In this document: positions 1 through 9,600 of the stretch, one piece after another
Numbering within the stretch: the first letter of the stretch is position 1
Layout: each line of letters starts with the position of its first letter
NCBI GenBank assembly: GCA_963801165.1
Contig: CAWDDT010000011.1
Coordinates: 62,383-126,382 of the forward strand
Source: an uncultured bacterium
Lineage (GTDB): Bacteria; Actinomycetota; Acidimicrobiia; Spongiisociales; UBA5794
Reading direction: 5' to 3'
Length of the DNA stretch: 64,000 bases
The notes under the pieces: generated by a model
Database searches by the model: none
Seen by the model: only the letters and a program-made list of their open reading frames with translations
What the model was told of the DNA's origin: nothing
Translations under genes and position numbers: made by a program

Positions 1-126
1 GCCACCATGGCAGAGGTCGACGTCGAGGCTTGAGCCGGCTCAGCCGGGCCCGGCGGAAACCCGGTATCAACCCGACCAGATACGCATCTCTTCTATAGGC
101 TTGTCCAAAGCCGGGAGGAGTGTCCG

Positions 127-1911
127 ATGTGGGATCAGTATCTGGCCGATCGTGGTGATCCGTGGGACTACGACCCGGGCCCGCCCCGTAATCGCAGCTG
201 GCCACGGTTGTTTGCCGACACACCCAACTACCGGGCCATCGGCGTCGACCTGACCGGGAGGGAATCGTTTCGGTGGCATTTCGGCCCGATGTTCTATCGA
301 GGCCGGCTCGGAGACAACGAGGTCAAGGTCCTCGTCGTCGGGCAGGAGGGGGCACAGGACGAGTCGCTCTCGCACCGCTCGTTCACCGGCGGCACCGGCG
401 CCCGCATGCAATATCTGCTCGAGCACATCGGCCTCACCCACTCGTATCTCTTTCTCAACACGTTCGTGTACCCGATCTTCGGCCAATACCACGACTCCTT
501 GCGACCGCTTGCCCAGGACCCGGCATCACCAATAGTCGCCCACCGTCACGAAATTCTCGACTACCTCGTGGCACGGAACGATCTGAGGCTGGTGATTGCG
601 GTTGGCCGCGCCGCCAAGGAGACGATCGCCACGTGGATCAAGTCGCACGGCGGGACGGCGCAACCCGAGAGCCTGCACACCGCACACGCCAATGTGATCG
701 ACCCTCACCTCAAGGCACTCGGCGTTCTCCATCCCGGAGGAGCTACCAAAGGTGGCTCGGTGAGCGCAATCATCGCCGACTTCAAGACGGCAATCCGGCG
801 CATCGAGCGTTGGAACCGCGACGACGCCTCCTGGCTGCCGCCCGATCCGGGAGCAGAGCGGCGCCCGGCGGACGACTATGCGTACAGGTCGGCGCCGATT
901 CCGTTCCGCGACCTGCCCTACGGTGTCGCCTGGCGCCTGGGCCGGGGTGCCACCTCGAGCAACAGGAGCAGCGACCAGCGCTCCATCCAGATCTTCTCGG
1001 CCGACGGCAAGTACAACAACCGGGGAGACAGTCTCTCCTATCTCTCGAATGCCGACGGTTCTGCAGACGGATACAGCCAGGACGCCGGCGACCTCCCGTA
1101 CGAGCCTCCCAAACACGACTACCGCGACTTCGATCGGGGCCCGAGCCGGTCGCTCGCTCAGCTTCTCGCCGGCGGATCGCCCGGTCTTCCCTGGCCCGAT
1201 TTCTCGTCGCTCGGGCTGCACTGCCACCCATCCTTCGGGCTGGGACCGATCTATCGCGGCAAGCTACACCGGCCCTCTGTCGTGGTCCTGGCCGACCAAC
1301 AGTCGTACGACGACCTGTTCACGTGCCGGGCACTTACCGGCGACGGAGGTCAGCATCTGCAGGCATTCCTGCGCGCAGCAGGGTTGACCGAGAACTACGC
1401 CATCTTGCGGGTGCTCCCGGTCGACACGCTCGCCGAGAGCTCCACAACGGTCCGGTCCGCGGTTGACCACCCCACGACGAGAGCTCTCCACGCGGCCATC
1501 GTGGCGCGGCTCGCTCCCACGGTCGTCGTCGTCGCCGGCCCCCAGGCACGGCGCCTCGCCGGTCACCTGTCGCTTGCGGCGCCGATCGTCGAGATGAAGG
1601 CGTCCGGCCAGAGTGGGTATACCGCCGACTGGAGACGGGCGCTGCACGAGCTGGAATCGCTCAGCTACCCCAGGGACCTCGCCCACCCGGCCTTCGACTA
1701 TCAGGGCGAGCGGGAGCAGATCCCACGCCGGGACCTCCCGTTCGGGACGCTCCGCTGGCAAGGCACATCGGGGGACCGGGCGTTGCAGGCACAGCACGGA
1801 GGCAAGCCGTCGTACGACTATTACAAGCTCGTTATGCCCAAATGGGCCTACCAGCTCGTTCCCGAGCCGCTCACGGCCCGGGAACGCCACGCTCTCGACC
1901 CGCTGCGGTGA
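127..1911 (+). CDS. Tandem UDG-fold protein (uracil-DNA glycosylase superfamily-like, two domains)
   Basis: 594-aa ORF with SD-like GGGAGGAG about 7 nt before the ATG. N-terminal half has a family-4-like motif A (VLVVGQEGAQDE...FTGGTGARM), LNTFVYPI and motif-B-like LGVLHPGG. C-terminal half repeats the layout in degenerate form (VVVLADQQSYDD...LTGDGGQHLQ). Both halves are preceded by FGPMFYRGRL / LGPIYRGKL. Confidence 0.6.
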   Translation: MWDQYLADRGDPWDYDPGPPRNRSWPRLFADTPNYRAIGVDLTGRESFRWHFGPMFYRGRLGDNEVKVLVVGQEGAQDESLSHRSFTGGTGARMQYLLEHIGLTHSYLFLNTFVYPIFGQYHDSLRPLAQDPASPIVAHRHEILDYLVARNDLRLVIAVGRAAKETIATWIKSHGGTAQPESLHTAHANVIDPHLKALGVLHPGGATKGGSVSAIIADFKTAIRRIERWNRDDASWLPPDPGAERRPADDYAYRSAPIPFRDLPYGVAWRLGRGATSSNRSSDQRSIQIFSADGKYNNRGDSLSYLSNADGSADGYSQDAGDLPYEPPKHDYRDFDRGPSRSLAQLLAGGSPGLPWPDFSSLGLHCHPSFGLGPIYRGKLHRPSVVVLADQQSYDDLFTCRALTGDGGQHLQAFLRAAGLTENYAILRVLPVDTLAESSTTVRSAVDHPTTRALHAAIVARLAPTVVVVAGPQARRLAGHLSLAAPIVEMKASGQSGYTADWRRALHELESLSYPRDLAHPAFDYQGEREQIPRRDLPFGTLRWQGTSGDRALQAQHGGKPSYDYYKLVMPKWAYQLVPEPLTARERHALDPLR

Positions 1912-1915
1912 CGAC

Positions 1916-4900
1916 ATGGCACCAACCCCGATCGACCAACCGCTGAGCCCCACCTACGTCCTGGACGGCAGGGTGGTGACGATGAACGCCACGTTCGACG
2001 TGATCGACCGGGGCCGGGTCTATGTCGCTGCGGGAGCGATCGTGGCGGTGACCCCGGACGACGCTCCCCCGCCCGACGGCTTCGCAGGCGCGCCGCTCAT
2101 CCGCACCGGAGCAACGATCTACCCGGGGATGATCGAGCTGCACAACCACCTCAGCTACGACGTGCTCCCGCTCTGGCAGGTGCCCCGCCGCTATGGAAAC
2201 CGCGGCAACTGGCGCGACAGTCCGGATAAGAAGAGGCTCATCAGCGGGCCGATGAAGGTGTTGGGCAGCACCGCCGGCGTCATCGAGGCGATCGTCCGCT
2301 ACGTCGAAGCGAAGGCGCTGTTGGCCGGGGCCACGACATCGCAGGGAATCACGCTGATCAACACGGCGATACCCCACCACTACCGGGGGATCGTCCGCAA
2401 CGTCGAACAGACCGAGGACCCCGAGCTGCCCAACGCCAGCACCCGGGTAGGCGACGTGACGGACGCGGTCGCCTTCAAGAAGCGACTGGAGAAGTCGTCC
2501 ACACTGCTTCTGCACCTGGCCGAGGGTGTTGACAACACCGCCCGGGAGCAATTCAAGGCGCTCAAGATCAAGGCCAGAGACTGGGCAATCACCGATGCTC
2601 TCGCCGGCATCCATTGCGCCGGGCTGGTGGGTCGTGACTACGCCACCCTGCGCAGCCGCGGCGGGACAATGGTGTGGTCGCCGCTGTCCAACCTGCTGCT
2701 ATACGGCGGCACTGCTGACATCCAGCGTGCCGTCGACGAAGGCGTTCTGATCGCCCTTGGCTCAGATTGGTCACCGAGCGGGAGCAAAAACCTTCTCGGC
2801 GAGCTGAAGGTCGCCAAACTCGTCAACCATCTGGCCGGCGACCCCCTATCCGCCCGCGACATCGTCGCCATGGCAACCATCAATCCTGCCCGTATTGTCA
2901 AGTGGGACAAGGCGCTCGGGTCGATCGAGCCGGGCAAGCGAGCGGACCTGATCGTGATCGATGACCGGGGCGGCGATCCCTACGACCACATCATCGAGGC
3001 CCGCGAGAGCACGGTAACTCTTGCGGTCATCAACGGGGTGCCCCGGTACGGCCAGCAGCGTTTGATGAAGAGGTTCCCGGGGACAACCGAGTCATTCGAC
3101 CTCGACGGCTCGAAGCGCGCCTTCAACTTCGCACAGGAGACCGCAGACCCCGTCGTCGCAGCCATGTCACTCGAGGAGGCGGCAGGACGACTCGAGGAGG
3201 CGATGAGCCGGGTCCCAGATCTCGCCCGCGCCCTCGCCGACCCGATAGCGGCGCGCACCGCGTTCGGCATCACGGCCGCCGGTCAACCCGGCCGGTGGGT
3301 TCTCGACCTCGACAACGAGGGATCCGACCACCTGGCGCTCGCCCCCGACTCTTTCGCCGAGCGGCTGATCGCCGGGGAGAGCGATGTTCTCGACCAAACC
3401 CTCGGGGGTATCCGGCTCGACCCGCTTTCGATCGTCCAGGACGGCGAGTTCTTCCAGCGCATCTCCAACCAGACGAACCTACCGCCTCTCCTGGTCGAGG
3501 AGCTGCCGAAGTACTACGGGCGGACGGCACCCGCCCCCGATCCAAGCGTGGTGGGGATGACGACGGCCGACACCATACCGGTCCCCGAGCGCGGGCCGGC
3601 AACGGTGGCCGAGCTGAACCGGGCCACCGGACTGTTGTCGCTCGAAGATCGCAAGCTGCTCGTCGACCAGGCGCGGGTGCTGCTGGAGGATGCTTACGTG
3701 CACCTGCAGTTGAAGCGGTCGATGCATGCGGTCGAGCCGATCCAGCGCCTCCGGCTCCTCCGCCACGAGCTGGAGCGGAACACAGAGAGCAGCGTCGAGC
3801 CGGAAGCCCAGTTTCACCGCAAGCTCACCGAGATCTTCACCGACCTACGCGACCTACACACCAACTACCTGCTTCCCTCACCATTCAAGGAACACACCGC
3901 CTTTCTCCCCTTCCTCGCCGAGGAATGCTTCGACCCCGATGGCACGGCGCACTACCTGGTGACGAAGCTGGCTCCCGACTTCAACCATCCGACGTTCACA
4001 CCCGGCGCCGAGCTGCTCTACTGGAACGGGACCCCGATCCGGGCCGCAATCCAGGCCAATGCCGACCGCCAGGCAGGTAGCAACCCGGCCGCTAGTTTCA
4101 GCCGTGGCCTCGATGCCCTCACCATCCGACCCCTCATTCGCTCCCTCCCACCCGACGAGGAATGGGTGGTAATCACCTACCGCGCCGCCGACGGCAGGGA
4201 GCTCGAGCTACGACTCGACTGGAAGGTCTGGGCGCCGGGGGATGCTCCGGGTGTCGATCCCGACGGCGGGGCTTCGATGGACACCGCGGCCACCCTCGGA
4301 TACGACATCCAGACGGACGCGGTCAACCAGGCGCGCAAGATGCTCTACGCCCCGGCGTCCATCAGGGCGGAAACCTCCATCGGTGCGCGTATGGTCGACA
4401 TGGGCGCCGATGTCCTGGCAACGACGATGCCGACCATCTTCCGCGCCAGGGAAGTCACCACACCTGCCGGTACCTTTGGCTATGTCCGGATATTCAGCTT
4501 CAACGTTCCCGACGCCGACGGGTTTGTCGCCGAGTTCGTCCGCCTCGCCGAGCAGCTGCCCGGCTCCGGGCTGATCATCGACGTCCGCAACAACGGGGGC
4601 GGGCTGATCACCGCCGCCGAGCGGCTGCTCCAGGTGCTCACCCCGCAAAGGATCGAGCCCTCGCCCGCGCAATTCGCGACGACGCCGCTCATGCGCAGGT
4701 TGGTCGAAGGACATTCTCCGTCGCCGCTCGACGCCACATTCGACCTGAGCGCCTGGGAACCGTCGATCGATCTCGCCGTGCAGACCGGGGCGGCCTATTC
4801 GACCGCCCACCCGATCACCGAGCCCTCCTCTGCGAACACCATCGGCCAGCGCTACCACGGCCCCGTCGTGCTGATCACAGATGCCCTGTGCTACTCGGCA

Positions 4901-5473
4901 ACCGACATGTTCGCAGCCGGATTCCAGGATCACGACATCGGCTCGGTCGTAGGCGTTGCCGACGCCACGGGAGCCGGTGGCGCCAACGTGTGGACCCACG
5001 AGCTGTTGCGGGCGCTTCTCGCCGCCACCGGTGACAACCCCCTCGCGCCGCTCCCGCACGGCGCCGGGATGCGGGTGGCGGTGCGGAGGACGCTCCGGGT
5101 GGGCGCACAGTCGGGAACACCGGTCGAGGACCTCGGTGTGGTGCCGAATGTGCGGCACAGGATGACCGCACGTGACGTCCTCGAAGACAACCAGGATCTG
5201 ATAGCCACCGCCGCCGGCCGGCTGGCAGGGCAACCGGCATATGTGCTGCAAGGGGACCTTGCAGTGGAAAGTGGTCGCACAACCCTGCGGGTGACGACGG
5301 GCAACGTCGACCGCGTCGACGTTGCATTCGACGACCGCGTGGTCGCCACCTACGACGTAGCAGATGGCACCAAGACCTGGCGACCCACCGGCCATTCACC
5401 GAAACGGATCATACGTCTGACGGGATACGCGGGGGACAGGCTCGTCGCCGCCCGGGTTCTCGAGGTCCCGTAA
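1916..5473 (+). CDS. Fusion protein: metal-dependent amidohydrolase (deaminase/chlorohydrolase-like) + PDZ-containing S41 peptidase domain
   Basis: In-frame ATG at 1916, 4 nt after the upstream stop (MAPTPIDQ...). N-terminal amidohydrolase ligand pattern: ELHNHLS (HxH), LHLAEG, IHCAG, LGSDWSP. C-terminal S41 signatures: LIIDVRNNGGGL, VVLITDALCYSATD, PDZ-like TFTPGAELLYWNGTPI. The 1613-1915 part of the tracked ORF is Arg/Ser/Thr-rich and overlaps the upstream gene, so it was rejected. Confidence 0.7.
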   Translation: MAPTPIDQPLSPTYVLDGRVVTMNATFDVIDRGRVYVAAGAIVAVTPDDAPPPDGFAGAPLIRTGATIYPGMIELHNHLSYDVLPLWQVPRRYGNRGNWRDSPDKKRLISGPMKVLGSTAGVIEAIVRYVEAKALLAGATTSQGITLINTAIPHHYRGIVRNVEQTEDPELPNASTRVGDVTDAVAFKKRLEKSSTLLLHLAEGVDNTAREQFKALKIKARDWAITDALAGIHCAGLVGRDYATLRSRGGTMVWSPLSNLLLYGGTADIQRAVDEGVLIALGSDWSPSGSKNLLGELKVAKLVNHLAGDPLSARDIVAMATINPARIVKWDKALGSIEPGKRADLIVIDDRGGDPYDHIIEARESTVTLAVINGVPRYGQQRLMKRFPGTTESFDLDGSKRAFNFAQETADPVVAAMSLEEAAGRLEEAMSRVPDLARALADPIAARTAFGITAAGQPGRWVLDLDNEGSDHLALAPDSFAERLIAGESDVLDQTLGGIRLDPLSIVQDGEFFQRISNQTNLPPLLVEELPKYYGRTAPAPDPSVVGMTTADTIPVPERGPATVAELNRATGLLSLEDRKLLVDQARVLLEDAYVHLQLKRSMHAVEPIQRLRLLRHELERNTESSVEPEAQFHRKLTEIFTDLRDLHTNYLLPSPFKEHTAFLPFLAEECFDPDGTAHYLVTKLAPDFNHPTFTPGAELLYWNGTPIRAAIQANADRQAGSNPAASFSRGLDALTIRPLIRSLPPDEEWVVITYRAADGRELELRLDWKVWAPGDAPGVDPDGGASMDTAATLGYDIQTDAVNQARKMLYAPASIRAETSIGARMVDMGADVLATTMPTIFRAREVTTPAGTFGYVRIFSFNVPDADGFVAEFVRLAEQLPGSGLIIDVRNNGGGLITAAERLLQVLTPQRIEPSPAQFATTPLMRRLVEGHSPSPLDATFDLSAWEPSIDLAVQTGAAYSTAHPITEPSSANTIGQRYHGPVVLITDALCYSATDMFAAGFQDHDIGSVVGVADATGAGGANVWTHELLRALLAATGDNPLAPLPHGAGMRVAVRRTLRVGAQSGTPVEDLGVVPNVRHRMTARDVLEDNQDLIATAAGRLAGQPAYVLQGDLAVESGRTTLRVTTGNVDRVDVAFDDRVVATYDVADGTKTWRPTGHSPKRIIRLTGYAGDRLVAARVLEVP

Positions 5474-5522
5474 AGACAGACCCGTAAAGACAGACCCGTA
5501 AAGACAGACCCGTAAAGACAGA
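5467..5522. repeat. Perfect 14-bp tandem repeat x4 (CCCGTAAAGACAGA)
   Basis: Four identical head-to-tail copies read directly. The first copy contains the TAA stop of the 1916..5473 CDS. The array lies between convergent genes. Confidence 0.95.
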
Positions 5523-5551
5523 TCGGCAAGCGACTGAGTAGTCGCGAGCGC

Positions 5552-5830
5552 CTATCCCGCCCCGACTGAATCCTTGAACGCGTTTCCCGGGCGAAAGACG
5601 GGCACGGTCCTGGGTGGTATCGGCACGGCGACACCGGTACGTGGATTGCGACCGGTGCGGGCTTGCCGGGCCTTCGGCTCAAACGTGCCAAACCCGCTGA
5701 GTGTCACCGAGCCATCGGCCGCCACCGCGTCGATGATGGCTTCCATCATGGCCTCGATCGTGGCCGAGACCGCAACCTTGGTCTGGCCGGTCCGGGCTGC
5801 TACCTCGTCGATGAGATCCGCCTTGTTCAC
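5552..5830 (-). CDS. hup: HU-family nucleoid-associated DNA-binding protein
   Basis: VNKADLIDEVAARTGQTKVAVSATIEAMMEAIIDAVAADGSVTLSGFGTFEPKARQARTGRNPRTGVAVPIPPRTVPVFRPGNAFK is a full HU/IHF signature. GTG at 5830 gives the canonical N-terminus; the longer tracked ORF adds 20 non-homologous residues. Confidence 0.9.
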   Translation of the reverse strand: MNKADLIDEVAARTGQTKVAVSATIEAMMEAIIDAVAADGSVTLSGFGTFEPKARQARTGRNPRTGVAVPIPPRTVPVFRPGNAFKDSVGAG

Positions 5831-5931
5831 GCACCCGCTCCTGTATGTCTGCCTCGGCAAGACCATACCCAGGCGAACGCCGCCACCCAAGGATGTCGCG
5901 ACCCACCAACCAGGGCTTGCCAGCTATGTGA

Positions 5932-6693
5932 TCAGCCGAGGCTGAAGTAGCGAGGCTCGTCTCCCGGGGCGTTCAGGTACAGCTCGAGGCCGGCGGCGAC
6001 GTCCGCGCTGGCCACCGGCATACAGATGTGCGCCGTGAAACTCTCTCCCGGCAGGGCCTCGAGAACGTCGTAGAGCGAATCGGGCACCACGCCGCAGCCG
6101 GGAATCGACGGGAGATACTGCTTGTCACCGGCGACCACCGCCCACTCGAACACCGGCTCGGCAACGTTGTTGCCGAGGTACGTTCCCTCGATTGTCACCA
6201 GCACGTCCTGGTAGCCGGGCTCCGGCTTGGGGTTGATATCGGCGAAGCCGAGGACGGTGTCGGTCGCATCGAGCTCCACGTTGGTCAGAGCTATGTCCCA
6301 CACGCCGGGATCGGCCTCGATCACCTCGCCGACCGGAACCGGATCGGTCTCCGTCGCCTCCGCTGTGGTACGGGGCAAACGCTCGTCTATTGGAGGGGGC
6401 GGAATCGTGGTGGTGGTAGTAGTAGTGGTGGTAGTGACTTCGATCGTCGTCCCGGTCTCAGGCTGGGCGGCGGTCGTAGTGGTCGTCGCCGCTCCCGCCA
6501 CGGCCGCGCTGGTGGTGGCAACAGTCGACGTGGTGGCACCAGTCGACGGGTTGTCGGCGGTCTCAGCTGCGCCGGCCGCTACCGTCGTGGCAGTCGGCTC
6601 CGAACTCGTCGTCGATCCCCCGCCCACGGCTATCCAGACACCAACAACCGCGACGAGAGCCGCAACAGCGGCCAGAATCCACCCTCGTCTCAC
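5932..6693 (-). CDS. Membrane-anchored/secreted Thr-rich protein with C-terminal beta-rich domain (DUF4352-like guess)
   Basis: N-terminal hydrophobic anchor (WILAAVAALVAVVGVWIAV), long Thr/Ala linker including a 10xThr run, then a globular domain. The GTG start overlaps the TGA of the upstream giant gene (GTGA). Confidence 0.6.
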   Translation of the reverse strand: MRRGWILAAVAALVAVVGVWIAVGGGSTTSSEPTATTVAAGAAETADNPSTGATTSTVATTSAAVAGAATTTTTAAQPETGTTIEVTTTTTTTTTTIPPPPIDERLPRTTAEATETDPVPVGEVIEADPGVWDIALTNVELDATDTVLGFADINPKPEPGYQDVLVTIEGTYLGNNVAEPVFEWAVVAGDKQYLPSIPGCGVVPDSLYDVLEALPGESFTAHICMPVASADVAAGLELYLNAPGDEPRYFSLG

Positions 6694-9600
6694 TGACAGC
6701 CGCCGGCGGCATATCCAACAGAGGCGTCGAAGATCGACCAGATATCAGCATTCCAGTTGAGGACAGACGTGTTGTAGGCAGAAACATGGAGCCGGCACCC
6801 TGCCGCCGTTGAACCATCGGCGAGTAGGGCTCCACTCTGATAGACGAAGCTGGTCGGCAGATCATTGGCAGTGACAACTACGGTCGACTCTCCGCCGGGG
6901 ACGCCAAAAGACCACGTCTTGTTGGAGGTCCCCGCAACCACGTTACCGGTGAAGCCGCCGGCGAGCGGATGGTTGTCGTCGACGATCGCCAACACGCTCG
7001 CCGTCGTCGAGCCATAGTCCGTCCCCGAGACCGGCCCGGTCATGCCCATGTCGTCGAGCAACCACGGCTTGGCCACCCAGACGGGCACCGAGACTCCGGC
7101 ATACATGTCCCGCACCAGATTCGCATTCACAGACGATGAAATCAGCACAAACGACGCACCGACCGCGTCGGCAGCCGTTGCGTTGTTGTCGTCGACAACA
7201 ACAACGGTGTATCCGTCACTCGTCATGCGATCCCGTACCGCGACGTCCCCGGTGGCGAGATTGGTGGCATCGCCGACGATCATCTTGATGATTCCGCTTG
7301 CTGTGTTGTCGACGGTAATCGCCACCGAGTCGGATGCGGTGCGGCTCATGGTGTCTGTAGCCGTCGCCGAGACCGTCACCGGCCCGTCGGCGGCCGTGGT
7401 CGTGTCCCAATCCCACGACCAGCCGTCGGTGCCGTCACTGTCAACGCCGAGAGATGCACCGTCTGCGAAGAACTCGACCTGGGTAACCGTCGGATCGGAA
7501 CCGGTATCGGCGACAACCGCCACCGTATCGTGGAGAGTTGCGCCGGCGGGTGGCGATGTGATCGTCACCTGCGGGCCCTGGTTGTCGACAGTCACAGTCA
7601 CAGATCCGCTTCGAGTATGAGACGCGGTATCGGTGGCGACCGCGGTGACGGTGATCTGCCCGTCTGCACCGCCGGTGGTATCCCAGTCGGCCGACCAGCC
7701 GTCACCGCCGTTAGTGTCGACACCAATCGACGCACCGTCTGCCAGGAACTCGACCTGAGTCACGGCGACGTCGTCTGTGGCGTCGGCGGTCACCGTGACA
7801 ACACCGGACACGGTTGCTCCGTCGGCCGGTGCCGTCACCGCTGCGGTGGGAGGATTGTCGACCGGTGGCGCCACGCAGCCGTTGGCCGCGTAGGCCACCG
7901 TGTTATCGAACAACGCCCAACCGTCCGTCGAGAACCTCACGGGAGCATCGGCGAATATCGAATAGTGGAGCCGGCATCCCGCCGCGGTGGACCCGTCGGC
8001 GAGCGTGGCTCCCGCGGAGTAGACGAACAACGTGGGCTTGCCGGCGGTGGTCCCCACCACATCGGCACCCGGGCCGGGTACGCCAAAGGACATGGTCCGG
8101 TTCCAGGTGGTCACCGTCACATCTCCCGTAAGGCCTGCCGCAAGGGGGTGACCGGGTTCGGTGATCGTCACAGTATCGTGGAGAAGCGTTCCGTAGTCGG
8201 TGCCGGCAGCTGTGCCGGTCATTCCCATGTCGTCGAGCAGGTACGGCTTGGCGACCCATACCGGTTCGGGCACGTCGGCCAGTTTGTCCTTGATGAGGTT
8301 GGCATTGACTGTGGACGACAGGATGACAAGCGCGGACCCCGTAACCGAGCCCGCCGTCACAACACCGTCATCGACCTCGCTCACGGTGTAGCCGAGACCT
8401 TCGAGCTCCGTCACCATGGCGTTTTCCCCGGCCTGGAGCGAAGTCGGGTCGGCGACGACAACGACGATCACGCCGGCAGAGTTGTTGCTAACGGTCACGG
8501 CCGCTTGATCCGACGACGTCCTACCGAACGAGTCGGTGCCAACGACACTCACCGTTGCAGGCCCGTCCGATGCCGATGTGGTATCCCACGTGATCGACCA
8601 GCCGTCGCCTCCATTGTTATCAACGCCGATAGAAGCGCCGTCGACGAAGAACTCGGCCTGCGCCACCCCGACATCGTCGGTGACGGTTGCGGAAACGGAC
8701 AAGGACCCCGAGATCGTCGCCCCGTCCACCGGGACGGTGAGAGTCGTCGTCGGCCCGAGGTTGTCGACAGTGATCGAAACGGAGTCCGTAGCTTGCTGAC
8801 CGCCCCCGTCGAATGCAGTGGCCGCGACCGTGGCATTGCCGTCGGCGGCCGTCGTGCTGTCCCAGTCAACGGACCAGCCGTCACTCCCGTCGTTGTCCAC
8901 ACCGACCTGGGCGCCATCGACGGTGAACTCGACACGGTCCACAGCGATGTCATCCGAAGCATCGGCGCTGAACGTCACGTTTCCTGCGACCGCGTCGCCG
9001 TCACCCGGTGTCGTCAGGGAAACGGTCGGCTGTGAGTCGATCGACAGGAGGAAGATGTCCGTGTTCGCCCAGTCCCGGCCGTCGCCCGCCGCAGGGCCGC
9101 TGATCAGGGTCTGCGTGCCCGACACCGGGATGTCACCGGAAAGATCGATCGAGTACATATTGCCGCTAGATGTCGTGTAGTAGAGCTTTCCGTCGGCTGC
9201 GGTCATACCACGCGTGCTGGACCAGTCGAGACCGTCGCCGTCGCCGCTCACCACGTACTCCCTGTTGCCGACGATGCCGGACTCCAGAGAGAAGTACCGG
9301 TAGCGCAGCCGGGAGCTCCCGCTCAAGGTGTAGTACAGCTTGCCCTGCGACCAGGCGGCCGACGTTGCGCCGCTCCAGTCGAACCAGGACGGCTCGGTGC
9401 GTGCCGTCCCCATCGTGACACCATCGAACGGCCTCGACTGAAGGGCACCGCTGGTGTCCGTCCAGTACAGCCTGCCCGCCTGATAGAACGCCCCGTTGAC
9501 CTGGGCCCAGTCGATTACGTTGCCGGGGACCGTGGCGGGAGTGCCCGCCGAAATGCCATCAAACGTCTCGACGGTGAGCGTGCTCCCGTCGCCGGCAAAC

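Noticed and set aside
1-33. Possible 3' end of an upstream + strand gene (…ATMAEVDVEA, then TGA).
   Set aside because: Only 10 codons are visible, which is not enough evidence to call a feature.
273-1466. 397-aa + strand ORF overlapping the 127..1911 gene in another frame, along with the 526..1227, 782..1231 and 1264..1953 antisense ORFs.
   Set aside because: The composition is extremely Arg/Pro/Gly/Ala-rich with no motifs. These are typical shadow ORFs of a GC-rich genome, and the overlapping frame has clear domain signatures.
1613-1915. 101-codon N-terminal extension of the amidohydrolase-S41 ORF.
   Set aside because: It overlaps the 3' end of the upstream gene and is low-complexity Arg/Ser/Thr sequence. 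The in-frame ATG at 1916 sits 4 nt after the upstream stop and starts the recognisable domain.
4208-5395. 395-aa antisense ORF inside the S41 domain region.
   Set aside because: It is a shadow ORF with no motifs. The sense strand carries strong S41 signatures.
5467-5522. Possible CRISPR array.
   Set aside because: The units are 14 bp and directly abutting with no spacers, and no cas genes are present. It is a simple tandem repeat.
6410-6440. GGT/AGT-rich microsatellite-like DNA.
   Set aside because: It is the antisense of ACC/ACT codons encoding the poly-Thr linker of the 5932..6693 protein, so it is coding low complexity rather than an independent repeat element.
7530-9035. 501-aa + strand ORF.
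   Set aside because: It is antisense to the giant secreted-protein gene, whose Ig-like repeats are unmistakable. The antisense translation is Arg/Gly/His-rich junk.
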